Positions 1-8,355 of a stretch of 64,000 nt of DNA are shown here, one piece after another; within the stretch, counting starts at the first letter, position 1, and each line of letters begins with the position of its first letter. The stretch spans positions 14,917 to 78,916 of the forward strand of contig CANSAF010000006.1 of NCBI GenBank assembly GCA_947644645.1, given 5' to 3'. The notes under the pieces were generated by a model. That model did no database searches and was not told where the DNA came from. It saw nothing but the letters and a program-made list of their open reading frames with translations. This DNA is from an uncultured Sporosarcina sp. (lineage in GTDB: Bacteria; Bacillota; Bacilli; Bacillales_A; Planococcaceae). Position numbers and translations under genes: made by a program.

Positions 1-2
1 CA

Positions 3-620
3 GCTTTCCTTGAAGGAAAAATAACAGGTGTTGATGCACACGGAGCGCGTCCGCATCAAGGGAAGAATGTTGTTGATCCATTATTTGCGATTCACCAATT
101 TATTAAAACGCTTTATTTTTCCCCTTATGAAGCTTATTCGGCAAAAATGACGAAAATACAAGCGGGTGGCAATAATGTGAATATTATTCCGGGAACGGCG
201 ACGTTTGCTATTGACACGAGAGCGCAGTCTAATGCTGTTTTGGACGAATTAATGAAGAAAATTGAAGAGGGCATTACATCGATCGGTCAATTATATGGTG
301 TTGAGATTGAACTTGAATGGAATGATTACACGCCAGCTGCGGAAGTTTCTGAAGAAGCCGTTAAAATCGCAACAGATGCGATTTTAGCAGTTGTCGGTGA
401 AGAAGATTATGCACCGCCAGTTATTACAGCAGGGAGTGATGATTTTCATTTCTATACAATTCATAGACCAGCTTTAAAAGCCGCAATGCTAGGAATTGGA
501 GCAGATCTACAACCGGGACTCCATCATCCGAAAATGACATTTAATAAAGAGGCATTAGACATAGGTGCGCGCGTTCTTGCAGAAACGTTGAGAACAGCAT
601 TTAGAAATAGGTACGAATGA
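3..620 (+). CDS. M20 family amidohydrolase (AmhX-like), 5'-truncated by window edge
   Basis: Frame is open from position 3 (AFLEGKITGVDAHGARPHQGKN...), upstream of the ORF-track ATG; has the M20 motifs GxxAHGARPH, GGxxxNIIP, GSDDF and GLHHP. Confidence 0.85.
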   Translation, partial: AFLEGKITGVDAHGARPHQGKNVVDPLFAIHQFIKTLYFSPYEAYSAKMTKIQAGGNNVNIIPGTATFAIDTRAQSNAVLDELMKKIEEGITSIGQLYGVEIELEWNDYTPAAEVSEEAVKIATDAILAVVGEEDYAPPVITAGSDDFHFYTIHRPALKAAMLGIGADLQPGLHHPKMTFNKEALDIGARVLAETLRTAFRNRYE

Positions 621-634
621 ATCACCAACTAGGG

Positions 635-670
635 GCTGTTTAGAAAGTAGACTTTCTGAACAGCTTTCTA
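635..670 (+). terminator. Intrinsic terminator hairpin (dispersed palindrome family member)
   Basis: GCTGTTTAGAAAGT-ag-ACTTTCTGAACAGC followed by a T-rich tract. Confidence 0.75.
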
Positions 671-745
671 TTTTTGTACTTCGAAAAAAATGTGGTGGAA
701 TGACATCTATTTAACTTTTAACGCGAATTAATATTCGGAATACAC

Positions 746-774
746 TTGACACTCTGAAAAGTATGCTGTAAAGT
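746..774 (+). promoter_or_regulatory. SigA promoter for the riboswitch/methionine synthase transcript
   Basis: TTGACA (746-751), 17 bp, TAAAGT (769-774), just upstream of the S-box. Confidence 0.7.
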
Positions 775-800
775 GTTCATCAATAACTAAATAAGCAACT

Positions 801-955
801 TTCTTATCCAGAGAGGTGGAGGGACTGGCCCTTTGAAGCCTCAGCAACAGACTAGTTTAGTACTGTGCTAATTCCAGTAGCGTAAATGCTTGGAGATAAG
901 AAGAGTGACCCGCTAAACATGCATCCTCTTCTTATTCAAAGAAGAGTTTTTTTAT
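801..955 (+). ncRNA. SAM-I riboswitch (S-box) with terminator
   Basis: TTCTTATC-CAGAGAGGTGGAGGGACTGGCCC-TTTGAAGCC-TCAGCAAC...GTGCTAATTCC...GATAAGAA (801-902), then a CTCTTC/GAAGAG hairpin and T tract (926-953). Confidence 0.96.
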
Positions 956-989
956 TTTAGTTAAAAAAATAAGAAGGTAGGCATGTAAA

Positions 990-2093
990 ATGACAAAAAC
1001 AATTACAAAGGCACCATTCAAAGCGGATCACGTAGGAAGTTTATTAAGACCGGAAAGTTTAAAGAATGCGAGACAAAAATTTAAAGAAGGCGATATTACA
1101 GCGGAGCAACTTCGCACGGTAGAAACAGCAGAGATTAAAAGAATCGTCGACAAACAAATCGAAGTTGGATTGGAACTGGTGACGGACGGGGAGTTTAGAC
1201 GTACTTGGTGGCATCTAGATTTCTTGGAGCATTTAAACGGATTTGAAGGTTATGTGCCGGAGCAGGGGTATGTTTTTGCGGGCGTTGAAACGGAAAGATA
1301 TAATGTACGAAACAACGGGAAAATCTCGTTCAATCCTGAGCATCCTTTCATTCAAGATTTTGTAGAATTCAATGAAATTGTGAATGAACGCGCAGTCGCA
1401 AAACAAACAATTCCAAGTCCAAACCAGCTATTCCACCCGAATATTATTAATACAGAAATTTATCCAGACATTGAAGAGTACGCAAAAGATGTCATTGCTG
1501 CGTACCGAGATGCGCTAAAGGCATTTTATGATGCGGGAGTTCGTTATTTACAATTAGATGATGTTTATATTGCTGGTTTAGCAGCTATTAAAAATCCACA
1601 GGATCATGAAACATACTCTAGGGAATATTTAACAGATTTGGCTGTTCGCGTCATAAATGGTGTGCTAGAAGGCAAGCCGGAAGATTTAGTCGTTACAACA
1701 CATTTATGCCGTGGAAATTACCAATCTACATGGGCATTTGAAGGCGGATATGACGCGATCGCACCTACTTTATTAGGGAAAGAAAAGGTAGATGGCTTTT
1801 TCCTAGAGTATGACGACGACCGTTCAGGCGGATTTGAACCACTTCAATACGTTCCACGAGGTGGTGCACAAGTCATTTTAGGTGTCGTCACTTCGAAAAG
1901 TGGCAAGTTAGAAGACAAAGAACTGATTAAATCTCGTGTGCAAGAAGCAGCGAAATATGTGCCGCTAGACCAAATTTGCCTAAGCCCACAATGCGGTTTT
2001 GCATCCACTCATCATGGCAATAAATTAACAGAAGAAGAACAGTGGGAAAAATTGAAGTTTATTGTTGATTTGTCGAAAGAGATTTGGGGATAA
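990..2093 (+). CDS. Cobalamin-independent methionine synthase II family, core/short form (YxjG/YxjH-like)
   Basis: DHVGSLLRP, TDGEFRR, the Zn ligands HLCRGN, E(FLEYD) and SPQCGF; 367 aa covers only the C-terminal MetE domain; lies under an S-box. Confidence 0.88.
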   Translation: MTKTITKAPFKADHVGSLLRPESLKNARQKFKEGDITAEQLRTVETAEIKRIVDKQIEVGLELVTDGEFRRTWWHLDFLEHLNGFEGYVPEQGYVFAGVETERYNVRNNGKISFNPEHPFIQDFVEFNEIVNERAVAKQTIPSPNQLFHPNIINTEIYPDIEEYAKDVIAAYRDALKAFYDAGVRYLQLDDVYIAGLAAIKNPQDHETYSREYLTDLAVRVINGVLEGKPEDLVVTTHLCRGNYQSTWAFEGGYDAIAPTLLGKEKVDGFFLEYDDDRSGGFEPLQYVPRGGAQVILGVVTSKSGKLEDKELIKSRVQEAAKYVPLDQICLSPQCGFASTHHGNKLTEEEQWEKLKFIVDLSKEIWG

Positions 2094-2102
2094 ATTAAGA
2101 GC

Positions 2103-2135
2103 AGCGCATCTTCTGAAAAGGGGATGCGCTTTTAG
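2103..2135 (+). terminator. Terminator hairpin; left copy of the hairpin pair flanking the NERD gene
   Basis: AGCGCATC (2103-2110), 12-nt loop, GATGCGCT (2123-2130), TTT. Confidence 0.7.
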
Positions 2136-2279
2136 TTTGAATTATTAGATAATATAGAGGCAATTTATGGTAAAATGAATGATAATTATAGGAAAATAAA
2201 AGGGAGGTAGAGTGCATTCATTCTTAAACAAAGAGGCGCACCAGTTTTACTTGAAGGATTACGCGCCGCCATTCAACGA

Positions 2280-3179
2280 TTGCCATTCGAAGATGTTCAT
2301 ATTCAACAAAAGTATGCCGCCGTGAAAGCAGGATTTGGCGGCGAGCAACAATTGGATTATGTCTTTGAGCGTTATAAATTTCCAATGAATTACCGCGTGT
2401 TTCATGATTTGTCGTTAACATCGCCTACGCCATTTCAAATTGACACACTTTTGATCACACCATCGTATGCAATTGTTTTTGAAGTGAAGAATATTGCAGG
2501 AGAATTAAAAGTGCTGGTGAATCCTCCGCAATTGCAAAGAACACTTGGAAATGGCGAAGTAAGTGGCTTCAAAAGTCCAATTATACAAGTGCGAAATAAT
2601 TGTCAGTTACTAAAAGATTGGCTTCGCGAAAAAAATATTGACTTGCCGATATACGGCGCGGTCGTTTTGGCATATTCGAAGCAACGGATTGAATTATTAG
2701 ATACATCGATTCCATTTTTATTTCCAGAAGCTGTACCTTTGTACGTTCGAAATTTGCCCGTAACTCCTGAGCTATTGGAAGAGAATGTATTTGAAAAGTT
2801 AGCGACTGAGCTTCTGGCTAGTCATCAAGAATTTATTCCGCGGCCAATTTGTGAAATGTTTCCTTATTTGGCGAATGATTTTAGATCAGGCGTAGCTTGT
2901 CCATCTTGTCAAAAACTTACCATGGAAAGACGTCTAAGAAATTGGCGTTGTTTGTCTTGTGGCAAAATCAGTGAGGATGCGCATAAACAAGCGATTCGAG
3001 ATTGGTTTTTATTGTATGGGGGAAAAATGACAAATCGCGAATGTCGAAAGTTTTTGGGGATTACCAGTCCTGATATTGTTTATCGATTATTGAAAGATAT
3101 GGATTTAGAAGTTGAAGGAGCAAAACGAAATCGGACCTATGTGATGAAAATGGGAAAGAGTTTTCGAGAAAATAAATGA
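2280..3179 (+). CDS. NERD domain protein (PD-(D/E)XK nuclease-related, Zn ribbon, C-terminal winged-HTH-like region); true start probably upstream, about 2211-2222
   Basis: GFGGEQQLDY, FHDL..., QIDTLLITP...FEVKN (NERD core); CPSC...WRCLSC; MTNRECRKFLGI...VYRLL; frame open back to 2211. Confidence 0.85.
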   Translation: MPFEDVHIQQKYAAVKAGFGGEQQLDYVFERYKFPMNYRVFHDLSLTSPTPFQIDTLLITPSYAIVFEVKNIAGELKVLVNPPQLQRTLGNGEVSGFKSPIIQVRNNCQLLKDWLREKNIDLPIYGAVVLAYSKQRIELLDTSIPFLFPEAVPLYVRNLPVTPELLEENVFEKLATELLASHQEFIPRPICEMFPYLANDFRSGVACPSCQKLTMERRLRNWRCLSCGKISEDAHKQAIRDWFLLYGGKMTNRECRKFLGITSPDIVYRLLKDMDLEVEGAKRNRTYVMKMGKSFRENK

Positions 3180-3184
3180 GTGAG

Positions 3185-3214
3185 CAAGCGCATCTATTGG
3201 GATGCGCTTGTTTT
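3185..3214 (+). terminator. Terminator hairpin; right copy of the hairpin pair flanking the NERD gene
   Basis: CAAGCGCATC-tattgg-GATGCGCTTG-TTTT directly after the stop codon. Confidence 0.75.
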
Positions 3215-3258
3215 GGTTAGGGTAGGTTAGGGGTGAGATTGAGGTCGAGGTTGAGGTG
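3215..3258 (+). repeat. G-rich low-complexity tract: TTAGGG x2 plus four GAGRTN hexamers
   Basis: GGTTAGGGTAGGTTAGGGG then GAGATT GAGGTC GAGGTT GAGGTG. Confidence 0.75.
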
Positions 3259-3303
3259 AAAAATTGCTGTAAAAAGATGTTTTTTGTTAAAAATCTGTGA
3301 TAG

Positions 3304-3375
3304 CGCGGATAAAGTATGCTTGAGCGCGGATAACGAGTGCCTGAACGCGGATAAACTACTCTGAAGCGCGGATAA
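3304..3375. repeat. 21-bp-period tandem array 1 (core CGCGGATAA x4)
   Basis: Cores start at 3304, 3325, 3346, 3367. Confidence 0.97.
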
Positions 3376-3478
3376 AAAAGTTCCTCCCCCAAAAAATCTA
3401 ATTTCCCAAGTATTGGATTTAGTTTGAGATGAAAAACTTCTATACAATGCTGTTTTTTTTGTTAAAAATATGTCATAG

Positions 3479-3571
3479 CGCGGATAAAGTGTGCTTGAAC
3501 GCGGATAACGAGTGCCCGAACGCGGATAAACTCCCCTGAAGCGCGGATAACCCACGTCCGAGCGCGGATAA
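3479..3571. repeat. 21-bp-period tandem array 2 (core CGCGGATAA x5)
   Basis: Cores start at 3479, 3500, 3521, 3542, 3563; spacers match array 1 unit by unit. Confidence 0.97.
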
Positions 3572-3638
3572 ATTAAAACTAAGTGCTTTCACATATTCCT
3601 AGTGTAAGATAGAGCTAACGAGAAAGGTGTGTTTTGCG

Positions 3639-4325
3639 GTGGATATGAAAATTTTTGTGATTGAAGATGATGAGGCGATTTTTTCTTCATTGAAAGAGAG
3701 ATTTGGACAATGGTCGTTAGAGGTAACGGGTCCACGTAATTTTCAAGATGTCATGGCGGACTTCATAGAAGTGGAGCCGCATCTTGTTATGATTGATATT
3801 CAGCTTCCTGCATTTGATGGGTTTCATTGGTGTCGGGAAATTCGGGCAGTTTCTAAAGTGCCGATTGTCTTTTTATCGTCGCGAGATCATCCGATGGATA
3901 TGGTGATGGCGATGAATATGGGAGCGGATGACTATGTGCAAAAGCCTTTTCATTTTGATGTTTTACTTGCGAAAGTACAAGCAATTTTGAGAAGAACGTA
4001 TGCGTATGGTGAAGAGAAATCGGATCATTTGGAGTGGAATGGTGCGATGATTGATATGAAAAGATGCATGATTAGAAAAAATGGTTTAGATGTCGAGTTG
4101 ACGAAAAATGAGTTTTTCATACTTGTTGCATTGGTTGAAGCGACGGATCAGATTATTTCAAGAGACGATTTAATTCGCAAGCTTTGGGATGATGAGCGAT
4201 TTGTGAATGATAATACATTGACGGTGAATGTGACAAGACTGAGACAGAAACTTTCGGAAATTGGACTGGGGGAAGCGATTGTAACGAAAAAGGGACTTGG
4301 ATATATGGCTGTTAGGAGTGACTAA
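3639..4325 (+). CDS. bceR: OmpR-family response regulator, BceR/GraR-like
   Basis: IEDD, MIDIQLP (phospho-Asp), GADDYVQKPF, NTLTVNVTRLRQKL; sits upstream of a HK and ABC pair; start GTG 3639 or ATG 3645. Confidence 0.85.
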   Translation: MDMKIFVIEDDEAIFSSLKERFGQWSLEVTGPRNFQDVMADFIEVEPHLVMIDIQLPAFDGFHWCREIRAVSKVPIVFLSSRDHPMDMVMAMNMGADDYVQKPFHFDVLLAKVQAILRRTYAYGEEKSDHLEWNGAMIDMKRCMIRKNGLDVELTKNEFFILVALVEATDQIISRDDLIRKLWDDERFVNDNTLTVNVTRLRQKLSEIGLGEAIVTKKGLGYMAVRSD

Positions 4326-4326
4326 A

Positions 4327-5352
4327 ATGTTTTTTAGATATATGAATGATAAAAAAAGCTGGTTATTCTTTTATATTGCATCCATTGGTTTAGTCGATTT
4401 TGTTTTATTATTGGACCAAGGTATTCAAATAGAATTCGCTTCAGTGCTTTATTTGAACTTATTATTAGTGTTCGTTTTACTATTATTTATCGTCTGGCGT
4501 TATCATATGGAAACGAGATTTACGAAAGAGTTGGCGGAATTATTAGATGAAAATCATGAAGCTTGGTATGTCGCGCTTCCCAAAACAAAGTATCAGCAGG
4601 AAGAAATGACGAAAGAGTTATTGCAAAGTGCTGCCCTTCAATTTTCAAATCGATTGGCAGAAGTTCAAAATTTAAATATGCAAGCAGGAGATTATACAGC
4701 TGCTTGGATTCATGAAGTGAAAACACCGCTTACCGCAATGAAATTAATGATAGATGAACATCGTGGAGATCCACATATACGGAAAATCGAAACAGAGTGG
4801 TTGCGGCTTTATTTATTAATTGACCAACAATTATCGATTTCTCGTTTGCCTTCATTAGAAAAAGATTATGTATTAGAAAAGACGAATTTACAAACACTTG
4901 TAGCGAAAGAAGTGAAAGAACTGGCTTCTTGGTGTATGGAGAAAAATATCGCAATTGAATTTGAAGGAGAAGAAGTCGAGGTCATCTTGGATGTGAAATG
5001 GTGTCATTTTATCCTTCGTCAATTATTAACGAACGCGATTAAATATAGTCCAATCGGTGGTGTGATCACGATTGTAATGAAGGAAGATCAAACGGGACAT
5101 GCCATTTTACAAATACAAGACGAAGGACCGGGCATTCCACCGCATGATTTACCACGTATTTTTGAAAAAGGATTTACGGGGGGTGCAGGAAGAATTCATA
5201 ATGCGGCATCTGGACTCGGATTATACCTTGCTAAAACAGTGGCAGAAAAAATGAGCATAGCTTTATATGCAACAACAGAAGTAGGAAAAGGAACGTCGAT
5301 TGACATGTTATTTCCAAATGAAAATGATTTTGATAAAGTGACAAAGCTGTAA
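4327..5352 (+). CDS. bceS: Intramembrane-sensing histidine kinase, BceS-like
   Basis: Two N-terminal TM helices with a short loop; WIHEVKTPL H-box; NAIKYS, DEGPGI, GLGLYL; RBS AGGAG before ATG 4327. Confidence 0.85.
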   Translation: MFFRYMNDKKSWLFFYIASIGLVDFVLLLDQGIQIEFASVLYLNLLLVFVLLLFIVWRYHMETRFTKELAELLDENHEAWYVALPKTKYQQEEMTKELLQSAALQFSNRLAEVQNLNMQAGDYTAAWIHEVKTPLTAMKLMIDEHRGDPHIRKIETEWLRLYLLIDQQLSISRLPSLEKDYVLEKTNLQTLVAKEVKELASWCMEKNIAIEFEGEEVEVILDVKWCHFILRQLLTNAIKYSPIGGVITIVMKEDQTGHAILQIQDEGPGIPPHDLPRIFEKGFTGGAGRIHNAASGLGLYLAKTVAEKMSIALYATTEVGKGTSIDMLFPNENDFDKVTKL

Positions 5353-5412
5353 GGTTACTCGCCTCCTTTGTCATCTAAATCAAACGACCAATGATGATGT
5401 GGGTGCTAAAAT
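5339..5412 (+). promoter_or_regulatory. BceR-type binding site and promoter of the ABC operon
   Basis: TGACA-AAGC-TGTAA (5339-5352) fits TNACA-N4-TGTAA; a second half-site TGTCA lies 21 bp downstream (5369-5373); -10 TAAAAT at 5407-5412. Confidence 0.75.
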
Positions 5413-5444
5413 AAGGATAAGTTAAGCTTAAGGAGGCACTTTAC

Positions 5445-6230
5445 ATGAACGAGAAAAATATAAAAAAAACCGTATTACATGCACAAAATTTAACGAAATC
5501 TTATGGGACGCGTGGAAATGTACAAGACGTTTTAAAAGGCATTGACCTTCATGTAGATGAAGGGGAATTTGTTGGAATTATGGGACCATCTGGTGCAGGG
5601 AAGACGACACTTTTAAATGTGCTCGCGACAATCGACCGCCCGACTTTAGGCAAAATTTTAATTGACGGTGATGATATTTCACGTATGAAAGATGCTCGTT
5701 TGTCAACATTTAGACGCGATAAACTGGGGTTTATTTTCCAAGATTATAATTTGCTCGATACATTAACTGTAAAAGAAAATATTTTGCTGCCAATTTCTTT
5801 AGGAAAAGTGAAGAAGCTAGAAGCAGAGAAACGTTTTATCGACATTGCAGATATTTTAGGAATTACAGATCATGCCAATAAATATCCACATGAACTATCG
5901 GGGGGACAGAAGCAGCGGACATCTGCGGCGCGGGCTTTGATTAACGAGCCTTCGATGGTATTTGCGGATGAACCAACTGGGGCATTAGATTCGAAATCGG
6001 CTGCGGCATTATTAAAAACGATGGAAGATGTGAACAAAGAGCGTGGTGTAACGATTATGATGGTGACGCATGATGCAATTGCTTCGAGTTATTGTAATCG
6101 AGTTGTATTTTTGAAAGACGGCATGATTTATTCGGAATTGTACCGAGGGGATAAAACGAGACAAGCCTTTTTCCAAGAAATTTTAAAGGTACAAGGCGTT
6201 CTCGGGGGTGACAGCGTTGACTCTATTTGA
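5445..6230 (+). CDS. bceA: ABC transporter ATP-binding subunit, BceA-like
   Basis: Walker [28 protein letters not shown]. Confidence 0.88.
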   Translation: MNEKNIKKTVLHAQNLTKSYGTRGNVQDVLKGIDLHVDEGEFVGIMGPSGAGKTTLLNVLATIDRPTLGKILIDGDDISRMKDARLSTFRRDKLGFIFQDYNLLDTLTVKENILLPISLGKVKKLEAEKRFIDIADILGITDHANKYPHELSGGQKQRTSAARALINEPSMVFADEPTGALDSKSAAALLKTMEDVNKERGVTIMMVTHDAIASSYCNRVVFLKDGMIYSELYRGDKTRQAFFQEILKVQGVLGGDSVDSI

Positions 6231-8172
6231 TCTTGTCTTTCGGAGTATGCGGAAAAATATTAAACATTATTATTTGTATTTCTTTGCGTTAATTTTTAGT
6301 GTAACTTTGTATTTTGTATTCGCGACTTTACAGCATGATGAGTCAGTTGTTGAACGCTCAGGCGGTTCGATGGGCGCAGCGTTTTCGGCGGCAGGTATTC
6401 TTTTATTAATCATTGCGGGAATTTTTGTCGTTTATGCCAATGCAATCTTTTTAAAACGAAGAAGTCGTGAAATCGGTCTTTATCAATTAATTGGTTTATC
6501 GAAAAGCAAAGTTGTACGTATGTTTATGCTTGAAAATATTTTGTTAAGCTCAGGCGCATTGTTTATAGGCATAGGGGTAGGTATTCTAGTATCTCGTTTA
6601 TTTTTACTCCTACTTATGAAACTAATTGGTTTTGATGGATATATAACTGTAACGTTTTCGACTTCAGCAGTGCTGCAGACGGTTCTTGTATTTATGGTTA
6701 TTATCGCATTCACCTCTATTCAAATGTTATTTACAGTTTATCGCAATACATTATTACATTTATTCAATGCGGATCAAAAGGGGGAAATTCCCAAAAAGCC
6801 AAAATCGATTTTATCGGCAATTTTGGCTGGATTAGGGATTCTACTCATTGTTTTTGGTTATTGGTTATCTGGAAATATGATGAATGATTTATTATTTTTC
6901 AATATGCTTTTAGTGCTAGCGTCTACAATTTTAGGAACGTACTTACTGTTTCGTGTAACCATTGGTTGGGTTTTATATCAAGTGCGTACGAGAAAACAAG
7001 GTCATTTAGGTTTAAATAATAGTTTATCGATTGCTTCGCTCATGCATCGGATGAAAGGAAATGCGAATTCACTGACGATTATTACAGTGTTGTCCGCCAT
7101 GACGTTGACGATGTTATCGGGATCTTATTCATTGTATTATGCAACGGAACAAGAGACGCGTTATTCTTTCCCATTCGATTTTATGTTAGATGAGATTAGA
7201 TCAGAAGAACTTCCGGAAGATATGATTTCATTAGCCCAGTTTGAAGACGCATTAAAAGCTGAAGGAATTGCTTATACGAAATCGAAATTGGAATTATTAG
7301 GCGTAGAAGGCGAATACAAAAATACAAACTTCCCAGCGATTATCGGACCGCGTGATGTTTTGTGGAATAGTTATATGATAAATGCTGAACAACTCGAAGA
7401 AGCAGGGCTTGATATTGGAATACCTGAAGCGGATACAATCATTTATCATGAGGCTCAATTAGGGGTGTTTGTAAAAGATTTGAATTTACCATTTCAAATT
7501 AACGTAACAAGTAGCGAACCTCATCGAACTTTTGAAGTCGTTAAATACGGGGAAGGGGACGTTTATAACTTTAGTACAGGTCCTCAGCTTGTTGTAAATG
7601 CGACTGATTTCGAACGATATAAAAAAGAAATGGCTAAAGAAAACTTTCTGGAACTGTCTCCAGAGTGGGTTGTCAGAACTGTTTACGCATTGAATATTAC
7701 AGATCCAAAACAACTTCCTAGAGCCTCAGAAATATACGGAGGAAAAGAATCGATTTACGGGGAGGATTTTTATTCAATCTATGAAAATGCATTACGTGAA
7801 TCAGGTTTACTAATCTTCATCGCTGGTTTCTTAGGACTTGTGTTTTTAATTTCAACGGGAAGTATTTTATATTTCAAACAAATGACGGAAGCAGAACAAG
7901 AGAAACAAAGCTATAAAACATTAAGACAGCTTGGTTTTTCTGAAAAAGAATTGCTGCGTGGAATTGTACGGAAACAAATTTTTGTTTTTGGCTTGCCACT
8001 TGCAATTGGTTTACTACATTCAATTTTCGCGATTAAGGCGGCAAGTTTCTTATTTTTGTCTGATATTACAGTGCCGACAGTAATTGCGATGAGCGCTTAC
8101 GGGATTATTTATTTAATCTTTGCGGTGTTGTCAGTAGGTTATTACAGAAAAATCGTGTCGGAAGCATTATAA
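6208..8172 (+). CDS. bceB: FtsX-like ABC permease, BceB-like antimicrobial peptide resistance
   Basis: 654 aa, about 10 TM helices with a large extracellular domain; [14 protein letters not shown] and ILYFKQ..EAE motifs. Confidence 0.88.
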   Translation: MTALTLFDLVFRSMRKNIKHYYLYFFALIFSVTLYFVFATLQHDESVVERSGGSMGAAFSAAGILLLIIAGIFVVYANAIFLKRRSREIGLYQLIGLSKSKVVRMFMLENILLSSGALFIGIGVGILVSRLFLLLLMKLIGFDGYITVTFSTSAVLQTVLVFMVIIAFTSIQMLFTVYRNTLLHLFNADQKGEIPKKPKSILSAILAGLGILLIVFGYWLSGNMMNDLLFFNMLLVLASTILGTYLLFRVTIGWVLYQVRTRKQGHLGLNNSLSIASLMHRMKGNANSLTIITVLSAMTLTMLSGSYSLYYATEQETRYSFPFDFMLDEIRSEELPEDMISLAQFEDALKAEGIAYTKSKLELLGVEGEYKNTNFPAIIGPRDVLWNSYMINAEQLEEAGLDIGIPEADTIIYHEAQLGVFVKDLNLPFQINVTSSEPHRTFEVVKYGEGDVYNFSTGPQLVVNATDFERYKKEMAKENFLELSPEWVVRTVYALNITDPKQLPRASEIYGGKESIYGEDFYSIYENALRESGLLIFIAGFLGLVFLISTGSILYFKQMTEAEQEKQSYKTLRQLGFSEKELLRGIVRKQIFVFGLPLAIGLLHSIFAIKAASFLFLSDITVPTVIAMSAYGIIYLIFAVLSVGYYRKIVSEAL

Positions 8173-8176
8173 ATAA

Positions 8177-8220
8177 AAGGCTGTTTGGAGATTAACTTTC
8201 CGAACAGCCTTTTTTGTTTT
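8177..8220 (+). terminator. Intrinsic terminator (dispersed palindrome family)
   Basis: GGCTGTTTGGAGA-ttaac-TTTCCGAACAGCC-TTTTTT. Confidence 0.8.
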
Positions 8221-8355
8221 CTTAAAATATTGAATGAAGGGAATTATTTGTACGCGATTTTCCTTTGAATGTCAAGATTGTTATTCGGGTCATTTCTTAG
8301 TAAAATTAGTCAAAAGTGTTTTTTACGAAAGTAGATTTGAAAGAGAGGTTTTTAT

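Noticed and set aside
3105-3555. Minus-strand ORFs encoding YPR/LSA heptad repeats (3105-3392, 3217-3555)
   Set aside because: A 21-bp period without stops yields heptad peptides automatically. There is no RBS, the two arrays are read in different frames because they are offset by 175 bp, and one ORF runs antisense into NERD. Not fully excluded without proteomics.
3304-3571. CRISPR array
   Set aside because: The 9-bp repeats and 12-bp semi-conserved spacers are far below CRISPR sizes, the repeats are not palindromic and there are no cas genes in the window.
8255-8355. TnrA/GlnR box upstream of alsT
   Set aside because: Only one half-site (TGTCA) is present; the second half of TGTNA-N7-TNACA does not match.
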